Part shown: one piece after another, positions 1 to 11,239 of the stretch | Layout: every line of letters begins with the position of its first letter | Position numbering within the stretch: the first letter of the stretch is position 1 | Origin: Octopus bimaculoides | Taxonomy: Eukaryota | NCBI RefSeq assembly: GCF_001194135.2 | Contig: NC_068982.1 | Location: 184,965,040-185,009,184 of the forward strand | Direction: 5' to 3' | DNA length: 44,145 bases | Notes under the pieces: generated by a model | The model's database searches: none | What the model was told of the DNA's origin: nothing | The model's input: only the letters and a program-made list of their open reading frames with translations | Translations under genes and position numbers: made by a program

Positions 1-84
1 GGGCAAGTGTCTTCTACTATAGCCTCGGGCCGACCAAAGCCTTGTGAGTGGATTTGCTAGACGGAAACTAAAAGAAGCCCGTCG

Positions 85-129
<45 letters not shown>

Positions 130-339
130 TTGTGTGTCTGTATTTGTCCCCCCAACATTGCTTGACAACCGATGCTGGTGTGTTTACGTCCCCGTAATCT
201 AGCGGTTCGGCAAAAGAGACCGATAGAATAAGTACTAGGCTTACAAAGAATAAGTCCTGGGGTCGATTTGCTCGACTAAAGGCGGTGCTCCAGCATGGCA
301 GCAGTCAAATGACTGAAACAAGTAAAAGAGTAAAAGAGT
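1..339 (+). mobile_element. SINE family A (5' end cut by window): CORE-like segment, internal (TA)/(TG)n spacer, 3' module
   Basis: gggcaagtgtcttctactatagcc...gaagcccgtcg, then a microsatellite, then ...ggggtcgatttgctcgactaaaggcggtgctccagcatgg...aagtaaaagag. The same modules recur many times in the window. Confidence 0.9.
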
Positions 340-356
340 ATACCTATATATACACC

Positions 357-387
<31 letters not shown>

Positions 388-541
388 ACAAGCTTCCATG
401 TAGTCTGCCAAATTAGTAACTCACAAGGCACTGGTTGACCTGGGGCTACAATAGAAGATAATCACCGAAAGTACTGCACAGTGGGACTGAACTAGAAGCC
501 ACGTGGTTACAAAGCAAAAATCTTAACCACATGGTTATACC
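388..541 (-). mobile_element. Old, diverged SINE family A 5' module
   Basis: Reverse-complement similarity to the head/CORE part (tcacaagg...atagaaga...cagtgggactgaac...cttaaccac). Confidence 0.65.
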
Positions 542-667
542 ATACATTAACGAGGAACGGACAAAGGAATGAAATGGTCATTGTATAGAACAACAGGAAA
601 TGCTAACTGGCTTAGAAAATGCTAGTTAAGGAAAATGTCTTCAAATTACTCTATTGGTAGAATGTAC

Positions 668-671
<4 letters not shown>

Positions 672-714
<43 letters not shown>

Positions 715-969
715 CGCGCGTATGTGCGGGGGGCGCGCGCGCGTGTGTTAAATGTCTATAAGTACATTCATTTTGTCTTCGTAAACCATTGAAATCTTCA
801 CAGACTTTCTAAATGTACAACGGCCTATTACTCATATCTTTCGTTATTTTTCATAGCTATCTCGGCTTATTGGCACTCAGCGTGCTTCTGACACGTATAT
901 ATATACATCCCTCTGTAAACCTGTATCCTCGACACACGTACACACATATTGGCAAATATACGTATGTGC

Positions 970-1041
<72 letters not shown>

Positions 1042-1522
1042 ATATATCAATACGCACAGACACACACACACACATATATATATATATATCCATGCATATA
1101 CATGTAGATGTACATATAGGCATAGATGCAACACGCATGCACTTATGTAGATGCATATGCTCCGACTTGTAAAAATCAATGGATGAGTTGATCAAAGAAA
1201 TAAGACAGTAAAAGGCGCCATGTTGTCTTCGTGAAACTCCACAATGTCGACAGAATTCTAAATGCAATTGGAATTAACCAATTCCAATTGCCAAACATTT
1301 CAGATAGAGCACGTGATCAGCGTCGAAATTGTTCTCCTTTCTAAAAAAGAACTTATATCAGACATATTCCGTGGCGGTTGGTGGTGTGGTGTGGGATTTG
1401 GTTGCGTTTGCGTGCGTGTGTTCATCTGTTGCGATTGTGTTTATATACTTATACATAAATACATAGACATGCAAACACCTTGACGATTCGTGTATGTGGT
1501 GTGTGTGTGTGTGTGTATGTGC

Positions 1523-1553
<31 letters not shown>

Positions 1554-2150
1554 TGTGTGTGTGTGTGTGTATACATATATACATATATGTATGTATACAT
1601 ACTTGTGTAAATATATGTGTGCGTGTGTATGTGTATATGTGTGTGTACGTGTATATGCCAGTGAGTATATTTCTCGAAAATTTTTGAGTGTACGTGTTTG
1701 CATGTCAATGAAATAAATATATATTATGTATGTATGTATGCATGCATGTATGTATGTATACACACACACACACACACACATACACGCTTGTATACCATAT
1801 ATAATGATTGTATGTATGTGTCTGTCTTTGCATCAATATAGAGCATCCAAATACTCGTGTATTTTTATGTACAGGTGTGCATATGCGTATGTAAAGGTAC
1901 ATGTATATGTACGTGGGTGTCTGTAGGTAAGTATATAAGTGTATGCCTTACGTTGTATGTCGGATATCAATACATCGATGCACTGATTATATAAACCAAA
2001 GTAACGAGGCAGTCACGTGATTTGAAACATACTTCTTCCATTCAACTGTCATTAGTGAAAGAAAATCTTTAACTAAAGGCCATATGTACGTGTACATGTG
2101 TGTGCGTGTGTGTTTATGTTTGTGTGTGTATGTTTGTATACATATGTATA
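672..2150. repeat. Cluster of (GT)n/(TA)n/(CA)n dinucleotide microsatellites with short unique spacers
   Basis: Directly visible tracts at about 672-746, 970-1090, 1495-1660 and 1745-1785. Confidence 0.95.
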
Positions 2151-2997
2151 TGGTAACTAGACACTCGATCCTCACAAGGCATATCTTATTTCGTCTAATT
2201 TAAACCTTTATTCACTGGAAGTTCTCTACAACTAATTACAAATTAGATGGGGCTACGGCCATATCTACAGAAAGTAAATATATGGAAAGAAAGAAACTAC
2301 TAAATACTCATATAAAGAAAATACGCGTATATTTGCATTACGGTAATTTTCCGGGACATCAAGACGTTTCTGCAGCAATGAAAAGACTCCGCGTGTATTT
2401 TTACATTACAGTAACTTTCGGGGACTTTTAGACGTTTTGTTTCTTTAGAATGAGACTCATTTCTTTTAGACCTTTGTATAAATAGCAGTTGGATGTTGTA
2501 CTTTGAATGGAAAGTAACTGGAACTTAGGAACGACGAAATCACATTTAAATTTAAATATATATATAATTTTGTCTTACCGAGGCTGTGGAAATGCCTCGA
2601 CAGTGTTCTGTCGGGAAATATATTAAGTTAGAAAATATAAAAATACATATGAGCTATTTATGCGGTGACTACGTACGCATAAACCTCAGTAGGTTATATA
2701 TTAATTTGTCTAATCGATGCTGTTATCCACTGAAAGTGCTCTATCTCTGACGCTATGCTCTATACATATGGAAACAAAGATACTTGCATACACACACACG
2801 TATATACATGTATATAGACTTGTGTGCAAGTATGGTATCTATATTGAAAGTGCTTCTATGTTCTGTGAATAAACGTCTCCTAATAATTTAATATTGCTTT
2901 GAATTTACATACAATTCAATAGAAGGATTCTTGTGATTTGAGTAAACTTATCACCGAACCTCAAGACAACATCCCTCCAAATTAATACAGCATGTAA

Positions 2998-3001
<4 letters not shown>

Positions 3002-3090
<89 letters not shown>
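3002..3090. repeat. (CAC)(CTA)n(AAT)n trinucleotide array
   Basis: Directly visible. Further (AAT)n arrays at about 3288-3390, 3952-4006 and 4207-4268. Confidence 0.95.
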
Positions 3091-3091
<1 letters not shown>

Positions 3092-3287
3092 CCTTTCTAT
3101 TAAAGGCACAAAGCCTGAAATTTTTGGGGAAGCGGATTAGTCGATTACATCGACTCCAGTGCTTCACTGGTGCTTAATTTATCGACCCCGAACCTCGGCG
3201 GAATTTCAACTCAGAAAGTAAAAGCGGATGAAATGCTGCTAATTATTTTGCCCGGCGCGTTAATGATTCTGCCAGCTCGCCGACTTA
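3091..3287 (-). mobile_element. tRNA-derived SINE family B, ~20-bp internal deletion
   Basis: The minus strand begins with a tRNA-like head (A-box-like ggcgagctggcagaa, B-box-like gagttgaaattcc) and ends in (TTA)n. Part of the central gtcgactttgcctttcatcctttc domain seen at 11050-11090 is missing. Confidence 0.85.
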
Positions 3288-3297
3288 ATAATAATAA

Positions 3298-3374
<77 letters not shown>

Positions 3375-3394
3375 TGATGATGATGATAATGATA

Positions 3395-3951
3395 TGCCCG
3401 GATGCAGTACCAGGCAGTGACTCTCATAGCTTCTGATCTTAATTGATTGGTAGTGTTACCATGTACATTGTTTTGTCTTGGAATAAAAAAGATGGGCTAC
3501 AGCAAATACTCTGCTCAATACCACAGATTTGCTGGTCAGTTGTTTGACCTTAACCAGTTGAGCATGTCCCTTGGTGGCTGACGATATGTGCATCTCTGAT
3601 CATGAGCAGAAGTAGTGGGGGAGCATCATAGCCATGTGCTGAGAGGAGTTCTTTGGGGTTTGAATAATTCACCTTTGGAAACATGGGTGTTTTGTTCAAC
3701 ATCCTTAAACAAAATTTATTCAGGGACCTTTTGAGCGGAGTGGGCTACTCGACCTGAAGAAATTCTAACTGGGCCCCCACCTGTGAGGTCATGCACTGTT
3801 TATCTTGATATGAGATCACCATGTCGCGCACATATGGTTGTGATGCATGTGCCTGGTGTACCCTTATCAGACGGGTAGTCATGATGGGTATACTGGGCTT
3901 CGTATATTTTACCCCAGTATCACTTTGATGGCATGCACTGCTCTCTCACTC
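3395..3951. mobile_element. ~560-bp interspersed non-coding element (family C) embedded in (AAT)n
   Basis: High similarity to 9495..9957; flanked by AAT/ATG arrays; no ORF. Orientation and class not determined. Confidence 0.75.
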
Positions 3952-3974
3952 AATAATAATAATAATAATAATAA

Positions 3975-4006
<32 letters not shown>

Positions 4007-4007
<1 letters not shown>

Positions 4008-4203
4008 CTTTTCTACTATAGGCACAGGGCCTGGAATTTGTGGGGAGGAGTATAGTCGATTACATCGACCGCAGTACTTGACTGGTTCTTAATTTATCGG
4101 ACCCGAAAAGATGAAAGGTAAAGTCGACTTCGGAACGTAGCGACGGGCGAAATACCGCTAAGCATTTCATCTAGCATGCTAACGATTCTACCAACTCGCC
4201 GCC

Positions 4204-4206
<3 letters not shown>
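4007..4206 (-). mobile_element. SINE family B
   Basis: Same sequence family as 3091..3287, with a different internal deletion (B-box region); (AAT)n on both sides. Confidence 0.85.
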
Positions 4207-4268
<62 letters not shown>

Positions 4269-4461
4269 TCTTTCTACTCTAGGCACAAGATCTGAATTTT
4301 GGGTTTAAGGGGGCTAGTTGATTGATTGACCCCACTGCACAAGTAATTTTTGTTTCATCGACTCCAAAAGAATGAAATGCAAAGTCGTCTTCGGCGGCAT
4401 TTGAACTTAGTATATATAACAAGAAGATATGTTGCAAAGCGTTTTCTCCGGTATGCTAACA
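4269..4461 (-). mobile_element. SINE family B, diverged
   Basis: tttctactctaggcacaag...aaagtcgtcttcggcggcatttgaact... Confidence 0.75.
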
Positions 4462-4466
4462 AATAA

Positions 4467-4656
4467 TTCTTTATAATTTTGGCGCAGGTACAGCATTTTT
4501 GAGGGAAGTGTGAAGTCGATTATATCCACCCCAATGTTCATCTGGTACTTGTTTTATGGGCCTCGAAAGGAGGAAACGAAAAGTCGATCTAGGCAGAGCT
4601 TGAAGTGCTATGTATTTTGTCCGGCTTGCTAAAGATTCTGCCAGCTCGTCGCCTTA
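4467..4656 (-). mobile_element. SINE family B, highly diverged
   Basis: gtcgattatatccacccc...ctggtactt...cgaaagg...gattctgccagctcgtcgcctta. Confidence 0.7.
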
Positions 4657-4714
4657 CTACTAATAATAATATTATACAATGGCTCTAGAACCAAACTGTT
4701 TTCTCTAATTCCTC

Positions 4715-4812
4715 TTCTCTCTCTTCTCTCTCTTCTCTCTCTCTCTCTCTCTCTCTCCCTCTCTCCCCCCCTCTCTCCCCCCCTCTCTTTCTCTCTACCT
4801 GGACTCTCTCTC
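4715..4812. repeat. (CT)n-rich tract
   Basis: Directly visible. Confidence 0.95.
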
Positions 4813-5728
4813 ACGTAGGATTCTTCTTTGTATTGATTATAAGTTTCGTTTCTTTATTTTATTAATTGTATAGTTCTTTTTACTGTTGTATATTATATTT
4901 AAGTTATACAGATAGGGATTCTTCCTCTCAACCAAATATACATACCTACACACACACACATATATATATGTGTGTGTGTATGCGATCAATTTGAACTCTA
5001 TTTCTCATCTATGTNNNNNNNNNNNNNNNNNNNNNNNNNNNNNNNNNNNNNNNNNNNNNNNNNNNNNNNNNNNNNNNNNNNNNNNNNNNNNNNNNNNNNN
5101 NNNNNNNNNNNNNNNNNNNNNNNNNNNNNNNNNNNNNNNNNNNNNNNNNNNNNNNNNNNNNNNNNNNNNNNNNNNNNNNNNNNNNNNNNNNNNNNNNNNN
5201 NNNNNNNNNNNNNNNNNNNNNNNNNNNNNNNNNNNNNNNNNNNNNNNNNNNNNNNNNNNNNNNNNNNNNNNNNNNNNNNNNNNNNNNNNNNNNNNNNNNN
5301 NNNNNNNNNNNNNNNNNNNNNNNNNNNNNNNNNNNNNNNNNNNNNNNNNNNNNNNNNNNNNNNNNNNNNNNNNNNNNNNNNNNNNNNNNNNNNNNNNNNN
5401 NNNNNNNNNNNNNNNNNNNNNNNNNNNNNNNNNNNNNNNNNNNNNNNNNNNNNNNNNNNNNNNNNNNNNNNNNNNNNNNNNNNNNNNNNNNNNNNNNNNN
5501 NNNNNNNNNNNNNNNNNNNNNNNNNNNNNNNNNNNNNNNNNNNNNNNNNNNNNNNNNNNNNNNNNNNNNNNNNNNNNNNNNNNNNNNNNNNNNNNNNNNN
5601 NNNNNNNNNNNNNNNNNNNNNNNNNNNNNNNNNNNNNNNNNNNNNNNNNNNNNNNNNNNNNNNNNNNNNNNNNNNNNNNNNNNNNNNNNNNNNNNNNNNN
5701 NNNNNNNNNNNNNNNNNNNNNNNNNNNN

Positions 5729-5768
<40 letters not shown>

Positions 5769-5975
5769 TGTGTCTGTGTTTGTCCCCCTAGCATTGCTTG
5801 ACAACCAATGCTGGTGTGTTTATGTCCCCGTCACTTGGCGGTTCGGCAAAAAGAGACCGATAGAATAAGTACTAGGCTTACAAAGAATAAGTCCCGGGGT
5901 CGATTTGCTCAACTAAAGGCGGTGCTCCAGCATGGCCGCAGTCAAATGACTGAAACCAGTAAAAGAGTAAAAGAG
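5729..5975 (+). mobile_element. SINE family A spacer plus 3' module (5' part probably in the gap)
   Basis: High similarity to about 110..339. Confidence 0.9.
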
Positions 5976-6645
5976 CAAAAGCACAGTTATGCGGTTAAGG
6001 AGGTTAGCATTATAACTGCGTGGTCTTGGGTTCGATCCCACAGCAAAACACTATTAGTACATTATGTTAGCGTCTCACATAGTATTTTGAAAAGCTTCGG
6101 TAAGCTGAGATTATCCTACAAGTACACGACAGAAGTTTCCCCCAAGATTACCTCTTTTGGCCATTAATTCACAACATACTCATTACCACACCATGCATTG
6201 TGAACATACAGTAGCGGCAGTGCACTACGTTACACAACACAAAGTAAATATTTAATGGTGGATTCAATACATATAGCACAATGGCTGTAAGTCACAACAA
6301 CAGTTTGATTTTTCTTATGAACATTTTGCATTATATAGTTCAGACATGGATGACATAGAAAGTAGACATGCTGCCGGGCCATACTGCGTTCTGCAGGATT
6401 AGAAACGTGAAACATCAACGGGCACTTCTGGAGAATGGATGAATGGGTTTGTTGTGCCTTTACCCAGCCGCACACACACACACACACACACATGGCCTGT
6501 GGTGCGTGGGATGGTAACAGGAAAATTCAACAGGGTGGCGACAAAAATTTTAATGTTCTCCTTTCCTCTGCCAAATTGGGCAAAAAGGTTTTCATGAAAT
6601 ATTATACGCTATTTATAATGCATAAGTAGTGTCAATATATATATA

Positions 6646-6791
6646 CACGACGCTCATCGTTCAATTTCCCTCTACCAAATCCACTCACTAGTCTGTGGGC
6701 GACCCGGATCTATAATAGAAGATATTTACTCAAGGTGCCGCGCAGTGTCACTGAACTCACCACCATGTGCTTGGGTAGCAAAGTTCTTACT
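6646..6791 (-). mobile_element. SINE family A 5' module, diverged
   Basis: ctaccaaatccactcac...tataatagaaga...caaggtgccgcgcagtg. Confidence 0.75.
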
Positions 6792-7015
6792 NNNNNNNNN
6801 NNNNNNNNNNNNNNNNNNNNNNNNNNNNNNNNNNNNNNNNNNNNNNNNNNNNNNNNNNNNNNNNNNNNNNNNNNNNNNNNNNNNNNNNNNNNNNNNNNNN
6901 NNNNNNNNNNNNNNNNNNNNNNNNNNNNNNNNNNNNNNNNNNNNNNNNNNNNNNNNNNNNNNNNNNNNNNNNNNNNNNNNNNNNNNNNNNNNNNNNNNNN
7001 NNNNNNNNNNNNNNN

Positions 7016-7058
<43 letters not shown>

Positions 7059-7374
7059 CATACATACACATGTGTTTGTATGTGGCCTGTGTTTGTGTGT
7101 GTTTAAGTTTATTTACTTACATGTCTGTATATATACCAAACACGCAGTTCTTCATTCGATACAATGGCTTGAAAACGAAAGAGAATGTGGCAGATAACAA
7201 ATCATGGCTGTAGACGGGAGGTATATTTGCCAACGGAAATTACAAACCGGAAGTGAGGAATTCACTAATATCCTTCAACATCAAAAGAGATATCTCTATG
7301 GTCTGTTGACCAAGTTCAGTGGATTATTCCAGAGATCATTTACTTCTAGAACCATATACAATACTTCATGTAAT

Positions 7375-7625
7375 ACTAATTTCACCATCACCATCATCAT
7401 TATCACCAGCATCACCAATACAAACACTGCTGTTAAACCTGCCATCACCAACATCGTGATGGCCCGGAAGACCGCTAACGCCACTAACATTGTTACAACC
7501 AATACTAATAATAACACAAACCAATAACATTCACCACACTACAACCAGCAACGTCACTAAAGACAGCACCACCTTCAATACCGTTAACACTAATACCAAC
7601 AATCCCACAACCAGCCACAATCAAC
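7375..7625. repeat. ACC/ACT/AAT-rich cryptic trinucleotide low-complexity tract
   Basis: Directly visible; explains ORFs 7204..7527 and 7296..7517. Confidence 0.85.
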
Positions 7626-8038
7626 GAATCTTCCTCAGCAAACTTCAAACGTAGACGGAGACTTCACAACTCAGTGAAGCTGCAAGGTGGCCGCTCGACC
7701 GACTCGGAATTCTACAGCCAAATCAGTCGAAGTCTCTATGAGGTTGTCCGAAATGCTAGAAATAGCAGCGCAGCCAAATTTCTGCTTTATTATACCCTGC
7801 TCTTATATCATGCATTAAAATATACCTGCGGAAAATAGGGATAGTCATGCTGAAATGCTTTTAACTAATCTTGAAAAAGCTTTTGACAGCAAATTATTAA
7901 GGTGCAGCTGGTCTTTAAGAAAGAACGATATCAGAACCTATATATTTGGAAGATATTAGAACACATCAAATTTTGTTATCAGGTAAAGAAACGACAGCAA
8001 CGGTGTTTGTTTATAATAATAATAATAGTAATAATAAT

Positions 8039-8281
8039 AATGAAGTAGATTGACAAATTTATTTTTTGAACCAGTGGAAGACACGCAAGATGTCGAAATA
8101 TTGTTCACGAGATAGCAAATGGCACTCTTCTTTTAATTTTGACTCTATATCTTCAGGAGGAGTTACCTCAATCCTTTCTATATGAACGAAAATGAAGTAG
8201 ATTGACAAATTTATTTTTTGAACCAGTGGAAGACACGCAAGATGTCGAAATATTGTTCACGAGATAGCAAATGGCACTCTT
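8039..8281. repeat. Direct repeat with 152-bp period; second copy runs into a gap
   Basis: aatgaagtagattgac...atggcactctt at 8039 and 8191, identical over ~90 bp. Confidence 0.9.
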
Positions 8282-9080
8282 NNNNNNNNNNNNNNNNNNN
8301 NNNNNNNNNNNNNNNNNNNNNNNNNNNNNNNNNNNNNNNNNNNNNNNNNNNNNNNNNNNNNNNNNNNNNNNNNNNNNNNNNNNNNNNNNNNNNNNNNNNN
8401 NNNNNNNNNNNNNNNNNNNNNNNNNNNNNNNNNNNNNNNNNNNNNNNNNNNNNNNNNNNNNNNNNNNNNNNNNNNNNNNNNNNNNNNNNNNNNNNNNNNN
8501 NNNNNNNNNNNNNNNNNNNNNNNNNNNNNNNNNNNNNNNNNNNNNNNNNNNNNNNNNNNNNNNNNNNNNNNNNNNNNNNNNNNNNNNNNNNNNNNNNNNN
8601 NNNNNNNNNNNNNNNNNNNNNNNNNNNNNNNNNNNNNNNNNNNNNNNNNNNNNNNNNNNNNNNNNNNNNNNNNNNNNNNNNNNNNNNNNNNNNNNNNNNN
8701 NNNNNNNNNNNNNNNNNNNNNNNNNNNNNNNNNNNNNNNNNNNNNNNNNNNNNNNNNNNNNNNNNNNNNNNNNNNNNNNNNNNNNNNNNNNNNNNNNNNN
8801 NNNNNNNNNNNNNNNNNNNNNNNNNNNNNNNNNNNNNNNNNNNNNNNNNNNNNNNNNNNNNNNNNNNNNNNNNNNNNNNNNNNNNNNNNNNNNNNNNNNN
8901 NNNNNNNNNNNNNNNNNNNNNNNNNNNNNNNNNNNNNNNNNNNNNNNNNNNNNNNNNNNNNNNNNNNNNNNNNNNNNNNNNNNNNNNNNNNNNNNNNNNN
9001 NNNNNNNNNNNNNNNNNNNNNNNNNNNNNNNNNNNNNNNNNNNNNNNNNNNNNNNNNNNNNNNNNNNNNNNNNNNCATAA

Positions 9081-9144
<64 letters not shown>

Positions 9145-9146
<2 letters not shown>

Positions 9147-9350
9147 CTGTGCTGCGCAAGAGCAAGCGCTATGAACAAACTACATAAAATACAGAATAGA
9201 TAACACAGCAGAAAGTGAAAGTGCAGAATCTGTGGACAAAGCGGTGAGACCGTATGGCATATTACCAGCCAACGTACGTCACTAGCCCAGAAGGAATATA
9301 AGAGGCGCTACAACAATATAGTCAGGTTTGTCCATTGGACAGTTTGCACG
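9145..9350 (+). pseudogene. R4/Dong-clade non-LTR retrotransposon fragment (CCHC zinc-knuckle region)
   Basis: ICAAQEQAL*TNYIKYRIDNTAES, a frameshift, then KCRICGQSGETVWHITSQRTSLAQKEYKRRYNNIVRFVHWTVC. Matches the R4/Dong pattern AAQEQAL..YIK..ID...CR.CG...ET..HI.S.C..LAQ.EYK.RH. One stop, one frameshift, last Cys changed to Arg; flanked by (AAT)n. Confidence 0.8.
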
Positions 9351-9367
9351 TGATAAAAATAAGACTA

Positions 9368-9420
<53 letters not shown>

Positions 9421-9494
9421 TAATAATAATAATGATAATAATAATAATAATGTTGATGATGATGATTATGATGATGATAATATGCTACAGCAAA

Positions 9495-9957
9495 TTGTCT
9501 TGGTATAAAAATGGGCTACAGCAAATACTCTATTCAATACCACAGATTTTTGACCTTAACAAGCTGACCATGTCCCTTAGTGGCTGACGATATGTGCCTC
9601 TCTGATCACAAGCAGAAGTAGTAGGAAAGCATCATAGTCATGTCTTGAGAGGAATTCTTTGGGATTTGGATAATCCACTCTTGGAAACATGGGTGTTTCA
9701 TTCAACATCCCTAAACAGTCCTTATTCAGGGTCCTTTTGAGCGGAATGGGCTACTCGACCTGAAGAAATTCTAACTGGGCCCCCACCTGTGAGGTCATGC
9801 GCTGTTTATATTGATATGAGATCACCATGTCACGCAAATATGGTTGTGATGCATGTGCCTGGTGTACCCTTATCAGACGGGTAGTCACGATGGGTATACT
9901 GGGCTTCGTATATTTTACCCCAGTGTCACTGTGATGGCATGCACCGCTCTCTCACTC
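9495..9957. mobile_element. Family C element, second copy, truncated at its left end
   Basis: Aligns to about 3472..3951. Confidence 0.75.
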
Positions 9958-9975
9958 AGTCAATAATAATAATAA

Positions 9976-10047
9976 TCCTTTCTACTGAAGGCACAACACC
10001 TGAAATGTTGGGGGACGGGTCCAGTCGATTACACCGATTTCAGTGCT
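9976..10047 (-). mobile_element. SINE family B, 3' fragment only
   Basis: tcctttctactgaaggcacaacacctgaaatg...agtcgattacaccgat next to (AAT)n. Confidence 0.65.
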
Positions 10048-10332
10048 ATACCCATAAATCGAAATATTCGTTGAAATGTAAAAAAAAGAAAGAATAATTT
10101 TTTACCATTGGAAAGACTCGCATCATATCGTTACTGATTCCGGACAAACTCCAGCTGTCTTTCGCTAACGATCATCTCATAATCCATATGCCTGCTGACA
10201 AAGGAAATCGGAATTCATCATTGAAAATTTGAAAGTGCTGAACAAGTGAACGACGGCCATCTTTCTACTGCCACGCGTTCCAACCCAATCAAAAGATTTT
10301 TTTCTTTGATAACATACATTCATATGCAGCAA

Positions 10333-10431
<99 letters not shown>

Positions 10432-10512
10432 GTCATTATTCAGTTTATTTCAAGATTTCTTGCCAATAGAGAAAGAACCGGCTCCTTCATTGGAATTTCA
10501 ACATCAACAACA

Positions 10513-10655
10513 GACCGATAGAATAAGAATAAGTACCAGGTTTCATAAGAAATATGTACTGGATTCGATTCGTTCGACTAAATTCTTCAAGGCGGCGCTC
10601 TTCAAGGCGGCGCTCTTCAAGGCCACAGTCTAATGACTGAAATAAGCGAAAGATA
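10513..10655 (+). mobile_element. SINE family A-like 3' module with internal 15-bp duplication
   Basis: gaccgatagaataag...cgttcgactaaattc(ttcaaggcggcgctc)x2 ttcaaggccacagtctaatgactgaa. Confidence 0.75.
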
Positions 10656-10699
10656 ATATATGTGCGTGTCTATGCTTGTCTCTGTGTATTGATATTTAG

Positions 10700-11200
10700 C
10701 AGAAGTAACAGAGTTACGGGAACGTAAATACACCAACATCAGTTTTCAAGCGATGGTGGTGGGACAAACTCATACACACACACCCACACCCACATACACA
10801 TATATACGACGTGTTTCTTTCAGTTTCCGCCTACCAAATCCACTCACAAGGCTTTGGTCGGCCTGAGGCTATAGTAGAAGACACTTGCCCAAAGTGCCAC
10901 GCAGTGGGATTAAACCCAGGACCATGTGGTTGATAAGCAAGCATCTTATTTCTTTATTACCCACAAGGGGCTAAACATAGAGGGGACAAACAAGGACAGA
11001 TAAAGGGATTAAGTCGATTACATCGACCCAGTACGTAACTGGTACTTAATTTATCGACCCCGAAAGGATGAAAGGCAAAGTCGACCTCGGCGGAATTTGA
11101 ACTCAGAACGTAACGGCAGACGAAATACCGCTAAACATTTCGCCCAGCGTGCTAACGTTTCTGCCAGCTCGCCGCATCTTACCATACAGCCACACCTATG
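10700..11200 (-). mobile_element. SINE family A interrupted in its tRNA head by a family B insertion
   Basis: Family A sequence runs 10700-10948 and resumes at 11174 (atcttaccatacagccacacc). Confidence 0.85.
10949..11173 (-). mobile_element. SINE family B variant with an alternative 3' tail; target-site duplication gcatctta
   Basis: Head and central domain intact. The tail ttctttattacccacaaggggctaaac differs from other B copies. gcatctta occurs at 10941-10948 and 11174-11181. Confidence 0.85.
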
Positions 11201-11201
11201 A

Positions 11202-11234
<33 letters not shown>

Positions 11235-11239
11235 CATAG

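Noticed and set aside
3395-3460. HDV-like ribozyme at the left end of family C
   Set aside because: A P3/L3-like segment can be drawn, but the following bases do not complement the putative P1 strand; not supportable by hand folding.
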